From positions 2,396 to 66,395 of the forward strand of contig JAFVAR010000052.1 in assembly GCA_017480425.1 (NCBI GenBank): a stretch of DNA of 64,000 nt, in the 5' to 3' direction. The notes below the pieces were generated by a model. It ran no database searches. It saw nothing but the letters and a program-made list of their open reading frames with translations, and had not been told where the DNA came from. Positions 55,220 to 64,000 of this stretch are shown here, piece after piece (positions within the stretch are counted from its first letter, which is position 1; each line of letters opens with the position of its first letter). The position numbers and the translations under genes are program-made. This DNA is from a bacterium (lineage in GTDB: Bacteria > Cyanobacteriota > Vampirovibrionia > Gastranaerophilales > Gastranaerophilaceae).

Positions 55220-56026
55220 ATGGCAGTTACAGGAGTAAACTTTGGAACCGGCGAAAACATACCTGAGCAAGGAAAAATTAATACAATACCAAAATTTATT
55301 AATACAGTTTTTCCAATTAATGAATGCTCCGGTGGCGAACCTGTTGAAGCATCTACAAATACAAGCAAAACTGCAAAAACAGCAAGCACAAAATACGTAC
55401 CGAGTGAAAAAACAGTAAAAGCCATTGCAGATTCTTGGGCTGCAAAATGGAAAATATCAAACAAAAACGGAGAATTTACAAAGTTCGTAAGAAAACTTTA
55501 TGACGTTGCATCAGCCCTTAATGTTACAAAATTAAACGGAGAGCGTGATAACAGATTCCCTCACAAAGAAGATCAGATTGTTGACGAAATTATGGGAATT
55601 TTTGCAAATGAATCCCAATTTAATACAAAATCAACTTCAAAAGATAATCTTTTTCACGGTATTTTTCAATTTTCTGCAGTTGGTATGCAAGAATGCGAAG
55701 ATAAAGAATATCTCAAGAAAGCAGGACTAAAAAAATTATCAATGACCGAATTTAAACAACTCTCCAGAACTCGCCAACTTGATTATATGGTAGAATATGT
55801 AAAAATTTGTAAAAAATATTATTCAAAAATAGGGGATAACGAAGCAATTGCACCAAAACAACTTTATGCAATGATAAACTATCCAAAAGCAGGAAAACCA
55901 AATACTAAATTTAATGCAGGTACAAAAAAGAATCCTAAAATGAAATATTCTAATATTATAATTGAACAAAAAGCTGATACTATTGCAACAAAACAAAAAG
56001 AACGTGGTGGAATTAAAATTGTATAA
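55220..56026 (+). CDS. Lysozyme-like/SLT-like domain protein without Sec signal
   Basis: IMGIFANESQFN (catalytic ES), GIFQF, RQLDYM..Y, LYAMINYP. Confidence 0.65.
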   Translation: MAVTGVNFGTGENIPEQGKINTIPKFINTVFPINECSGGEPVEASTNTSKTAKTASTKYVPSEKTVKAIADSWAAKWKISNKNGEFTKFVRKLYDVASALNVTKLNGERDNRFPHKEDQIVDEIMGIFANESQFNTKSTSKDNLFHGIFQFSAVGMQECEDKEYLKKAGLKKLSMTEFKQLSRTRQLDYMVEYVKICKKYYSKIGDNEAIAPKQLYAMINYPKAGKPNTKFNAGTKKNPKMKYSNIIIEQKADTIATKQKERGGIKIV

Positions 56027-56046
56027 AATCGTAGAAAGGATTTAAT

Positions 56047-57477
56047 ATGAATTTTGGAGTAAATTGTCAAGAATTTTTCAGAAGTTTGTTAAGTGATATT
56101 AAAGGTGAAACAGAAGTAAAACTAAACACATTATCGGAATCATTGCGTAAAAGCGCAAGTATATTTGATGTGAATAAAGATAAAGTTTTGGATTCAAACG
56201 AATTAAAAACATTTCTTGACGGATTTTATAAAGCCGATATGTCAGGAAAGACAACTGACGGTAAACTTTCAGATAAAGAAATAAGCACTGCTTATGAAAA
56301 GTATGATAATCGTTTTAAAAATGTAGGCTTGGAAGAAAAGAAACAGCTATTACTGGAAGTATATTCAAAAGTACTTGCTCAACAAATCAAAGCTCAAATC
56401 GACGGTGCCAGTGTTAACCAAAGAACATTAGAACGCTTGTCTAAAATAAATTCCGAAAACGTTGTAGATGTCCTAAAAGAATTCAACAGATTAAGTCCGA
56501 GTGAAACACTTGCATCCGCAATTGACAATGAATGGGGGCTTGATATAGAAACAGTAAAGAAATATATATGCAGACCTCTTGCTGAAAGAGCAAAACAAGT
56601 CGGAGCAAATGTCGGTTCATATGCAAATATAAAAGATATTAACGGAATAAATAATTACATTAACAAATCTATAAAATCTATAAGTACTCCAAATACAGCA
56701 TCTACAGCCAATAATAGAACTGTGCATGTTATTAAAAAAGATGCAAATGGCGTAAATGTCGATTTTACGTACAACAGAGCATCTATAGAAGATTACGTAA
56801 TAAATAGAGGAGTAGATTCCAGCGGTAGAGCATTAAGTTATTTTTCTGAAATTCCGAATATTAGGAAAAAACCCGCTAATGAAAGAACAAAAACTGAAAA
56901 TAACTTATTAAAAGAGTTTGAAAATTATATCAGTACAGTATGTAAAGTAGGTGAGGAATACGGCGTTGATCCTAAATTTATTATTGCAATCACTCAAAGA
57001 GAAGTCGGATTTAAAGGTTTAAACCAGACTGCTGACGGAAAAAATAATCCGGTTACAGGAGGTAACGGAAAAGGTTATATGCAAATAACATCAGTTTGTG
57101 TTGTTGATGTAATGGGTGGCAGTGGTAATACAATCTCCAGTGCAAAATATACTACAGATAAAAATAATATTCCTAAATATGGCAAAGAAATGCGAGATTT
57201 ACTAAAATCTCATGGGTTTAATCCTGACTGCAGTAAAAATTTAAAAGCCGGTGAAGCACAAAAAATTTGGGAGTATATCAAAAGCAATAAAGACCCTGAA
57301 TTTAATATAAGATTTGGCACGTTGATGCTGCGCTATCAACTAAAAAAATCAAATGGCGATATGAGAATAGCAGCTCAAAACTATAATGGCCATCCAAAGC
57401 ACAAAATTAACTACGGTAAAGCTGTTAAAAGTTTCTATGATAAGTTGACACTAACTCAAAACGAATTCAAAGCTTAA
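56047..57477 (+). CDS. EF-hand-like plus C-terminal SLT transglycosylase domain protein without Sec signal
   Basis: FDVNKDKVLDSNEL; YGVDPKFIIAITQREVGF, GKGYMQI, DPEFNIRFG, AAQNYNG. Confidence 0.78.
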   Translation: MNFGVNCQEFFRSLLSDIKGETEVKLNTLSESLRKSASIFDVNKDKVLDSNELKTFLDGFYKADMSGKTTDGKLSDKEISTAYEKYDNRFKNVGLEEKKQLLLEVYSKVLAQQIKAQIDGASVNQRTLERLSKINSENVVDVLKEFNRLSPSETLASAIDNEWGLDIETVKKYICRPLAERAKQVGANVGSYANIKDINGINNYINKSIKSISTPNTASTANNRTVHVIKKDANGVNVDFTYNRASIEDYVINRGVDSSGRALSYFSEIPNIRKKPANERTKTENNLLKEFENYISTVCKVGEEYGVDPKFIIAITQREVGFKGLNQTADGKNNPVTGGNGKGYMQITSVCVVDVMGGSGNTISSAKYTTDKNNIPKYGKEMRDLLKSHGFNPDCSKNLKAGEAQKIWEYIKSNKDPEFNIRFGTLMLRYQLKKSNGDMRIAAQNYNGHPKHKINYGKAVKSFYDKLTLTQNEFKA

Positions 57478-59585
57478 GCTATCATATAGTTATACACTTG
57501 ATTCAAGGTATTCTCAAATGTGCTTTGACTGCCAAAGAACACATACATCTCAGCAGTGTTAGCACCAAGCATTTGCAGGTCTTTTACTTCTATAGGAGGA
57601 CCCGCAGGAGTTGTTCTTGCAGGATTAGTCGGATTGGAAATTTGTCCTGTTGCTCTTAATATAGGTATGAGCAGGTTATTTTCATATACTTCATACTGGG
57701 TTAATCCTTTTGTTACAATTCCTATATTATTGACTTCTTCATCAATAAACAAACCTCTTTGCATAGGAGCAGTATTTGTTTTAACCTCAACGCCCCGTTT
57801 TTCAGGTAAATTTTCCCTGATATTATAATTCGGTTCAAAAGTACGTTTTATTATTGAATTCAAATCTTCAGAGAATACTTCTTTTATCGGTTCTTTTAAA
57901 ATAAATTTTGTACATAGCATGTGGTCTCTTCTTGAGTTTTCCCATTCAAAATTTAATTTTAAGTAATGAGCGTTGCTGTCAAGTGTGACATACATTGAAA
58001 TCGCATCCCACTTGCCTTCAAAATTAATTTTTAGAATAGCTCTTTGCGGAGTATTCATTACAACTTTTGTTCTTACGACCTCAAATTGACATCCTGCATC
58101 ATTTTTATCCGGAGCATTATTATAACTGTCACCTAAATCAACATAATCTGTAATTAAGAATTTTGTTCCGTTAATAAGTACACTTTTATCAATTATTTGC
58201 AAACAAATCTCAGAGTTTTCTATAAAGCTTTCTGATACTCTTAACGTTGTATTGGTTTCAAGAATTGGAGTTAAGTACCCTTCATCTTGAGGAAGTACAT
58301 CTTCTGCCTGAGCAAGATACCTATTTATAGTAGTATAGTCTTCTGTTATCGGGATTCTTTGAGTATCAGCAAGGAGGTTTGAAGGGAATCCCTTGCTTGA
58401 ACTTAAAAATCTGAATTCAGGCATGTTTTCAGCAGATTCAAATTCTATATATCCGGTAAATGTTTTGTCTGAAAGATTAACTATTTTCCTTTCATCATAA
58501 TCATACTTGAATTTAAGTTCATCAATTATTCCACATGCAACTTGTTTTATTTTTTTATATCTGATTAGATTTTCTCTGTGTACATCATCTGTCGAACACC
58601 CGCAAATGCTATCATGAGCTTGATTTTGTAAAAGCATCTTGTATCCGTATTCAATCAAGGCTGCATAATTTTCCTGTTCATTGTGATACTTAACAAATCT
58701 ATCCGCTAAATCCAGCATATATGAGGATTCAACATTTTCTTTCTTTAAATCCAATCTTGATGAGTAGCATCCTTGAAGAGTAAATGTTTTAGTATTGTCT
58801 CTAAGTTCATCATTCCATTCAAAATTCTCAAAACGTTCTTCAATTGCGTTGAAATAATCAAACGGAGTTCCTAATAAAATTTCGTATTCATCTTTTAATA
58901 ACTCATTGATTTCTGAAATCTGTTCAATAAGGTTTGTTTCTACGCCAAGATGGTCTGCACCTATCGGGTAAAGAAGAATATCGCCGGATTTTTCCGCTAT
59001 TAAATCCAAGTCGTGCTTTATCGCTGCAGCTTTAGTTTCCACATCAGTATCCATAGAAAAAGCATCATGGAAATAGCCTCTTACAAGATTAACAGTATTA
59101 ATACCGTTCCATTTGAACTCCGCAGGAATCGAATCATTGCAGCCTCGCCAAACAATACATTTGTCAATTCCAAAGTCCATCAAAATTTCCTGTATATTTT
59201 GACTGTGACCAAAAGTATCTGCTAAATACCCTATAAAATCTTCACATCCTAAGTCTTGGGCAAATTTTAGACCAATTTCCAGATTTTTTTCAAAAGCTTT
59301 TTTGTCAGTTAAGAATTCATCCACCAGACAGTAAAAAGGACCTACAAACAATCTTTTATGACGTATTAACGTTTCTATAAGTTCTCTTTTATCCGGACGC
59401 ATTTTTAAATAATCTTCCAAAGCACAAACTTGTCCGTCAAAATAAAAAGACGGAATCTTATTTCTGGATAGCAAGTCCAAAACATTATCAAACACCCTCA
59501 AAAGGCGCATTCTAAATATTTCGAACTCTCTATACCACTCTCTGTCCCAATGCGTATGAATATAAGCTATAACGTGTTTTACCAT
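57474..59585 (-). CDS. GH38 alpha-mannosidase-like glycoside hydrolase
   Basis: HTHWDREWY, FDGQ, GPFY..DEF, ADTFGH, NQAHDSICGCSTD; start 59585. Confidence 0.92.
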   Translation of the reverse strand: MVKHVIAYIHTHWDREWYREFEIFRMRLLRVFDNVLDLLSRNKIPSFYFDGQVCALEDYLKMRPDKRELIETLIRHKRLFVGPFYCLVDEFLTDKKAFEKNLEIGLKFAQDLGCEDFIGYLADTFGHSQNIQEILMDFGIDKCIVWRGCNDSIPAEFKWNGINTVNLVRGYFHDAFSMDTDVETKAAAIKHDLDLIAEKSGDILLYPIGADHLGVETNLIEQISEINELLKDEYEILLGTPFDYFNAIEERFENFEWNDELRDNTKTFTLQGCYSSRLDLKKENVESSYMLDLADRFVKYHNEQENYAALIEYGYKMLLQNQAHDSICGCSTDDVHRENLIRYKKIKQVACGIIDELKFKYDYDERKIVNLSDKTFTGYIEFESAENMPEFRFLSSSKGFPSNLLADTQRIPITEDYTTINRYLAQAEDVLPQDEGYLTPILETNTTLRVSESFIENSEICLQIIDKSVLINGTKFLITDYVDLGDSYNNAPDKNDAGCQFEVVRTKVVMNTPQRAILKINFEGKWDAISMYVTLDSNAHYLKLNFEWENSRRDHMLCTKFILKEPIKEVFSEDLNSIIKRTFEPNYNIRENLPEKRGVEVKTNTAPMQRGLFIDEEVNNIGIVTKGLTQYEVYENNLLIPILRATGQISNPTNPARTTPAGPPIEVKDLQMLGANTAEMYVFFGSQSTFENTLNQVYNYMIA

Positions 59586-59769
59586 AAATCTATAATACAC
59601 TAAATCTTCGATAGTAGCAATTTGTAACAAAATAAATTGTTTCCTTCCCATCTATACGGAGGATTTTTGTTGTATCAGTTAAAGTTATTAATATTTTATG
59701 TCGTTTTACATGTTGACTTTATCAAAAAAAAAATTAATAAATAAAAAAAAAACATAGGAGAGCGCAGCT

Positions 59770-61305
59770 ATGGGAATGGCAGCATCACAAGCAAGATATT
59801 TGGCATTAACCGCACGAAAAACCAATACAGAATGGGAAGGTCAGCAAATAAACCAGGCACGTACCGCACTGGCAAATCAAAGTGCTAACTTATTTAACCG
59901 TCTGCTTGCGATGGAAGTTCCGAATGCCCCAAAAACAACCGATTACACAGAACTTCAATATTCATACTCGGACGGAGATAATAACTCAGTTTTAGAAGAG
60001 TGGCACCAGCTATCCGATAAAAATTCTGACTACAACTATGTGGTTAAGCACTACTACTATGCAGATATATTTACCGGAGCAAAGAAAATGCTTCAAGATC
60101 CGCAAGTTCAAGTAGGTGACGTACTTAAGGAAATAAAATACAATAATAATACCGCAAATATAACTTATGGCAGCGACGGCGTTACTGTTACATATAAATT
60201 ACCTTCCGAAGATGATGAAACAACTATTCACTACAATAAAATTACTGAAACTAATGACCAGCTAAAAGATTTTGCTACAGCTAAAAATTTAGCACTTGAT
60301 GAAAACGGACTTCCCAAAAATGGTAATGTCTATGGCTACTTAGATGAGTCAACAAATACGTGGCACTTTTTCCTTGCAAACATTCAGGAGCAAAATTACT
60401 CTCATATTACACAGGAAATGGTTGATAATGATGAAAATCTGAAAAACTATTTAGCATCAAACAATTACCTTGATGACGATGGGAATCTTAAACTGGATAA
60501 TATATACGGATTGTCAAATCAACAAGAAGACGGAAGTGTAAATTGGACCTTTATAACAGACGATAGCGGTGCTGACAACGTGATACAATACATAGGAAAT
60601 GCTTCCGATAACAAAGATTATTCAATGGCCTATAATTCTCCTGCATTTGTCGGAAATTCAAAGTTAAAAGAATTAAGCGAGCTTATCGTTAATGATGAAA
60701 TTGACCAAGTTGCAGACTTGGCTCAGATTCTGCGAGATTGCCCGGATTCATCTATAAATCAATATGTAAGCTTTGACAGCAATGGCAATTTACAATACAA
60801 CGGCAGCGGTATTTATACGTTTGAACTTAACGGAAAAACTTATTATACAACTAATGCTGACCTATGGAACAGTGTGGGACAACCTTATGATCCTAATAAA
60901 CCGATTGACCTTCAAGAAAAACTTGCATATTATAATGCTTCATATATAAATACAAAAATAGAAGCTACAAATCATGCTCTTCTTGAAAGTGACGGTAACG
61001 GGAGATTTAAGTCAGTTAAATTTGACGATGACAGTATTGTATACAACTTAAATGTTGAAACTGTCACCGATGAAGCTGCATATCAAGATGCAATGAATCA
61101 ATATTTGTACAAAAAAGAAGTTTACGAAAAAACTATCGCTGATATTAACGCAAAAACATCTTTAATTCAAAAAGAAGACAGAACACTTGAACTTAGACTG
61201 AAACAACTTGATACAGAGCAGCTTGCTCTTAAAACCGAAATGGATGCGGTTCAGAAAGTTATTAAAGATAACGTTGAAAAAACATTTAAGACTTTCAGTG
61301 ACTAG
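59770..61305 (+). CDS. Orphan protein with helical N- and C-termini and Asn/Asp/Tyr-rich centre
   Basis: MGMAASQARYLALTARK..QQINQAR and DRTLELRLKQLDTEQ.AL.TEMDAVQKVIKDNVEKTFKTF; SD AGGAG. Confidence 0.8.
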   Translation: MGMAASQARYLALTARKTNTEWEGQQINQARTALANQSANLFNRLLAMEVPNAPKTTDYTELQYSYSDGDNNSVLEEWHQLSDKNSDYNYVVKHYYYADIFTGAKKMLQDPQVQVGDVLKEIKYNNNTANITYGSDGVTVTYKLPSEDDETTIHYNKITETNDQLKDFATAKNLALDENGLPKNGNVYGYLDESTNTWHFFLANIQEQNYSHITQEMVDNDENLKNYLASNNYLDDDGNLKLDNIYGLSNQQEDGSVNWTFITDDSGADNVIQYIGNASDNKDYSMAYNSPAFVGNSKLKELSELIVNDEIDQVADLAQILRDCPDSSINQYVSFDSNGNLQYNGSGIYTFELNGKTYYTTNADLWNSVGQPYDPNKPIDLQEKLAYYNASYINTKIEATNHALLESDGNGRFKSVKFDDDSIVYNLNVETVTDEAAYQDAMNQYLYKKEVYEKTIADINAKTSLIQKEDRTLELRLKQLDTEQLALKTEMDAVQKVIKDNVEKTFKTFSD

Positions 61306-61311
61306 TAATCT

Positions 61312-62136
61312 TTACGCAAGAATAATTATTACCGCTCCAATAATCATAATCACCGATGCCGTAAGCTTTCTTTTTAGTTCTTTTTCATTAAATATATTAA
61401 CGCCTAAAAATACGCTTAAAATTGTAGAAAGCTGGAATAAGGCAAGTGCATACGCAACATTCATCTTAGAAAAGACAAAATTTGTTGAATATTGCATTAG
61501 TGCAACGGATAAAATTAAAAATAACTGATTCTTTAATGATGTTATTTTTAAATTGCGCTTTTTTACTGTAAATAGTAATGAAAATAATGCACCTGATGCC
61601 GCCCATAAAAATAAAGTTGAAACGACATCTGTCATGTTTATTATTTTTTTTATAAATACCGCTTCTGTTCCGGAAAATATGAGAGCTAATACTCTATACA
61701 TTATAGCCGTTTTATTCACAATATTTCTTGAACCACAAATATGGTATGTTCCGACAATAATAAAAATTATTCCGACAATAGAAAAAATACTTGGGATTTC
61801 ATGAAGACACAAAAAACCAATAATTAGCGCAATTATCGGTTTATATGAGTTTATCGGAGCGAGAGCAGAAAGTTCACCTACAGAAAGAGCCTTAATTATG
61901 TAATAATTTCCAAGTGCCCCTAATAACCCCATAATTAATGTATTAATAAGCAATACAGAATTTAAATTAATGTTTATTAAAGGAAGAAGGCAGAGACCAA
62001 CAAGAGTTAGGCCTACATAAGTATAAAAATTTATTACCGAAGGATTATTTCCTTTTGTCGTCAACATTTTTTGAAATGTATTTAAAAAGGAATTTGATAC
62101 TATTCTGGTACCTACACCTAAAATTATTGATAACAT
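61312..62136 (-). CDS. EamA/DMT family transporter
   Basis: About 10 TM in two repeats, KALSVGELSALAP, FNEKELKRK; start taken at 62136 (MLSII). Confidence 0.85.
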   Translation of the reverse strand: MLSIILGVGTRIVSNSFLNTFQKMLTTKGNNPSVINFYTYVGLTLVGLCLLPLININLNSVLLINTLIMGLLGALGNYYIIKALSVGELSALAPINSYKPIIALIIGFLCLHEIPSIFSIVGIIFIIVGTYHICGSRNIVNKTAIMYRVLALIFSGTEAVFIKKIINMTDVVSTLFLWAASGALFSLLFTVKKRNLKITSLKNQLFLILSVALMQYSTNFVFSKMNVAYALALFQLSTILSVFLGVNIFNEKELKRKLTASVIMIIGAVIIILA

Positions 62137-62152
62137 AAAATCATTATTGCAT

Positions 62153-62298
62153 AAAAAAAACCACTCGGTGTGTGTTTCGAGTGGGTTTGTTTTCTGCATC
62201 CTAATGGTCTTTTTAGTGTTTATTATCTAGGAGTTTATATGATTTTTGGGGTTATTAGTTTACTATTTAGTGTTTCGGCTACACTTAAAGTGTGTAAC
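62153..62298 (-). ncRNA. Candidate sRNA or attenuator leader (about 140 nt)
   Basis: TTGACA (62324-29) promoter, 5' hairpin GTTACAC/GTGTAGC, A/C-rich body, terminator CCACTCG/CGAGTGG-T8. Confidence 0.6.
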
Positions 62299-62514
62299 TA
62301 TATTATTGCACATAAGAAAATAATGTCAACTTTTTTGTTTTATAATACTGATAAAACCCCTTCAAAATACCATGTACATCAATAGATTTGAGCCAAAAGA
62401 CCAATTTACAAAACTTAATAATAGATATACTTCGAATATACTATTAATTGTAATTTATACAATAAAAGCTCTCTTGTTAAGGGAGCTTTTTCTTGTTTAA
62501 TTTATTGCATATTT

Positions 62515-63345
62515 TTATTCATCTAAGGACTGGTATCCTGCTTTATGTGATTTCAGCAGAACTCCCCTTTTAGAAGTTTGTATAAAATTAATCATTTTTT
62601 CTATATATTCATTCATAGGAATTTCAGCTTTAATCTTTTCTATAGCTTGAGAAGTATTATACTCATCGGAAATTAACAACTTGAACGCTTCATTTGTAGC
62701 AGTTCTTATTTCTTGAGAAATACCTCTCCTCTTCATTGCTATAACATTTAGTCCTCTAGGAACAGGAGGTCTGCCTTCTCCTTTTGAATACGGTAATATA
62801 TCTTGACGAGAAGCAGAGAAACCGCTTATTATTGCCATATCACCAATTCTGATATTTTGATGAAATACACTCATTCCGCCGACAAATGCACCAAATCCCA
62901 CATGAACATGTCCGCCCAGAGTAACAAGATTTGCTAGTATAACTTGATCTTCAAGTACACAATTGTGTGCAACATGAGAACCGACCATCAATAAGCATTT
63001 ATTACCTATTCTTGTTGTATAGTCCCCGCAAGCAGCGCCTCTGTGGATTGTAACATTTTCTTTTACTATAGTTTCATTACCTATAACTACTTTTGTAGGT
63101 TCACCTTTATAACCTAAGTCTTGAGGTTCTGAACCGATTGTAGAAAATGGTGATATTGTACATCCTTCACCGATTTCTGCAAATTCAATATATGCATTTG
63201 CAATTATTCTCGTATTTTTACCTATTTTAACACCTTCACCAATAACAACATTAGGCCCTATTACTACACCTTCAGCTATTTCTGCTGACGGGTGGATTAC
63301 TGCTGAGGGATGAATTAAACTTTTTTCTAAAACTGAATTTGTCAT
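62515..63345 (-). CDS. lpxA: UDP-N-acetylglucosamine acyltransferase
   Basis: IHPSAVIHPSA, PQDL.YKGE, ENVTIHRG, SHVAHNC, LGGHV, FHQ; terminator at about 62464-93. Confidence 0.95.
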   Translation of the reverse strand: MTNSVLEKSLIHPSAVIHPSAEIAEGVVIGPNVVIGEGVKIGKNTRIIANAYIEFAEIGEGCTISPFSTIGSEPQDLGYKGEPTKVVIGNETIVKENVTIHRGAACGDYTTRIGNKCLLMVGSHVAHNCVLEDQVILANLVTLGGHVHVGFGAFVGGMSVFHQNIRIGDMAIISGFSASRQDILPYSKGEGRPPVPRGLNVIAMKRRGISQEIRTATNEAFKLLISDEYNTSQAIEKIKAEIPMNEYIEKMINFIQTSKRGVLLKSHKAGYQSLDE

Positions 63346-63440
63346 TCTCTTTCTCCATAATAATATTTTACAAGTTTCAGTATATTACAAATTTTTCGAT
63401 TTTCTTAAAATATTTATATAATATTAATATGGAATAATTA

Positions 63441-63998
63441 TTATTTACCGAATCTTCTGTTTCTTGATTTGTACTCCATAATACATTTTATCAGGCTTTC
63501 CCTGTTAAAATCCGGCCAAAATTCGTCTGTTACAACAAATTCAGAGTATGCAATCTGCCATAAAAGATAGTTTGAAACACGCATCTCTCCGCCCGTTCTT
63601 ATTAATAAATCAGGGTCCGGAATATTATTGGTATAAAGATGACTTGAGATTATATCTTCTGTAACTTCTTTTATATTTTCATCAATGATATTCTGAACAG
63701 CTCTTGTTATTTCGGTTCTTGAACCGTAATTAAATGCTATTTGAAGATGAACTCCAGTATTATTTTTAGTTGTTTGAACTGCATTTTCTAATATTTCTTG
63801 AAGTTTATCAGACAATTTTAAAGTATCGCCAATAAATGATATTACAACATTATTATCGTTCATTTCTTGCAATTCATTTTTAAGAGTTTGTCCTAATAAG
63901 TCCATTAGGAAATTTACTTCTTCAGGTTTTCGATTCCAATTTTCTGTAGAAAAGGCGTAAACAGTAAGATATTTTATCCCAAAGTCATCAAAGGCGCG
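63441..63998 (-). CDS. uppS: Isoprenyl (undecaprenyl) diphosphate synthase, 5' truncated by window edge
   Basis: Frame extends to the edge: LTVYAFSTENWNR; NYGSR, PDPDLLIRTGGE.RVSNYLLWQIAYSE, RRFG. Confidence 0.96.
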   Translation of the reverse strand, partial: RAFDDFGIKYLTVYAFSTENWNRKPEEVNFLMDLLGQTLKNELQEMNDNNVVISFIGDTLKLSDKLQEILENAVQTTKNNTGVHLQIAFNYGSRTEITRAVQNIIDENIKEVTEDIISSHLYTNNIPDPDLLIRTGGEMRVSNYLLWQIAYSEFVVTDEFWPDFNRESLIKCIMEYKSRNRRFGK

Positions 63999-64000
63999 CA

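Noticed and set aside
54965-55270. 101-aa minus-strand ORF
   Set aside because: Overlaps the better-supported plus-strand zinc-ribbon ORF, a terminator and the sigma-28 promoter.
59720-59755. Poly-A tracts upstream of 59770 as a phase-variation switch
   Set aside because: They lie downstream of the putative promoter, and such tracts are common in AT-rich DNA.
62170-62385. 71-aa plus-strand hydrophobic ORF (possible type I toxin antisense to the sRNA)
   Set aside because: Promoter and terminator signals are on the minus strand and the hydrophobicity follows from T/G richness. An internal AGGAG-N5-ATG at 62239 exists, so it is not fully excluded.
1-64000. Defence systems, prophage, IS elements, tRNA/rRNA
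   Set aside because: No integrase, transposase, nuclease-defence, cas, cloverleaf or rRNA signatures recognised.

Overview
AT-rich bacterial chromosomal window with dense housekeeping genes. I found no tRNA, rRNA, CRISPR array, prophage or transposase. Several markers point to a non-photosynthetic cyanobacterial relative (Melainabacteria/Vampirovibrionia, probably Gastranaerophilales; this is inference): a cyanobacterial-type DprA-like protein, an RpaA-like regulator, lysA-cdaA synteny, BamA/Skp/LpxA, a flagellin, an anaerobic 2-oxoacid:ferredoxin oxidoreductase, and a pilin-like protein starting 'GFTLAEVLITLGIIGVVAA'. Orphan genes scattered among the core genes share a non-coding architecture: an HLR1-like direct repeat (the RpaB-type box), then 15 nt, TGAAATT, 14 nt and TACTTTATATAT. 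It is spaced identically at three loci and degenerate at three more. Many of these orphans, and a sigma-28-promoter pair of lytic transglycosylases, lack Sec signal peptides but have polar N-termini ending in an [N/S/A]F[K/R/G] motif. A stand-alone FlhA/SctV cytoplasmic domain, a translocator-like protein and a protein with flagellin-like architecture are also present. Together these suggest an undescribed co-regulated, possibly flagellar/type-III-exported protein set. Also found: three intergenic sRNA candidates, a CsrA site on the flagellin leader and an unannotated 56-aa zinc-ribbon ORF. All functional assignments come from motif recognition by eye, not database searches.
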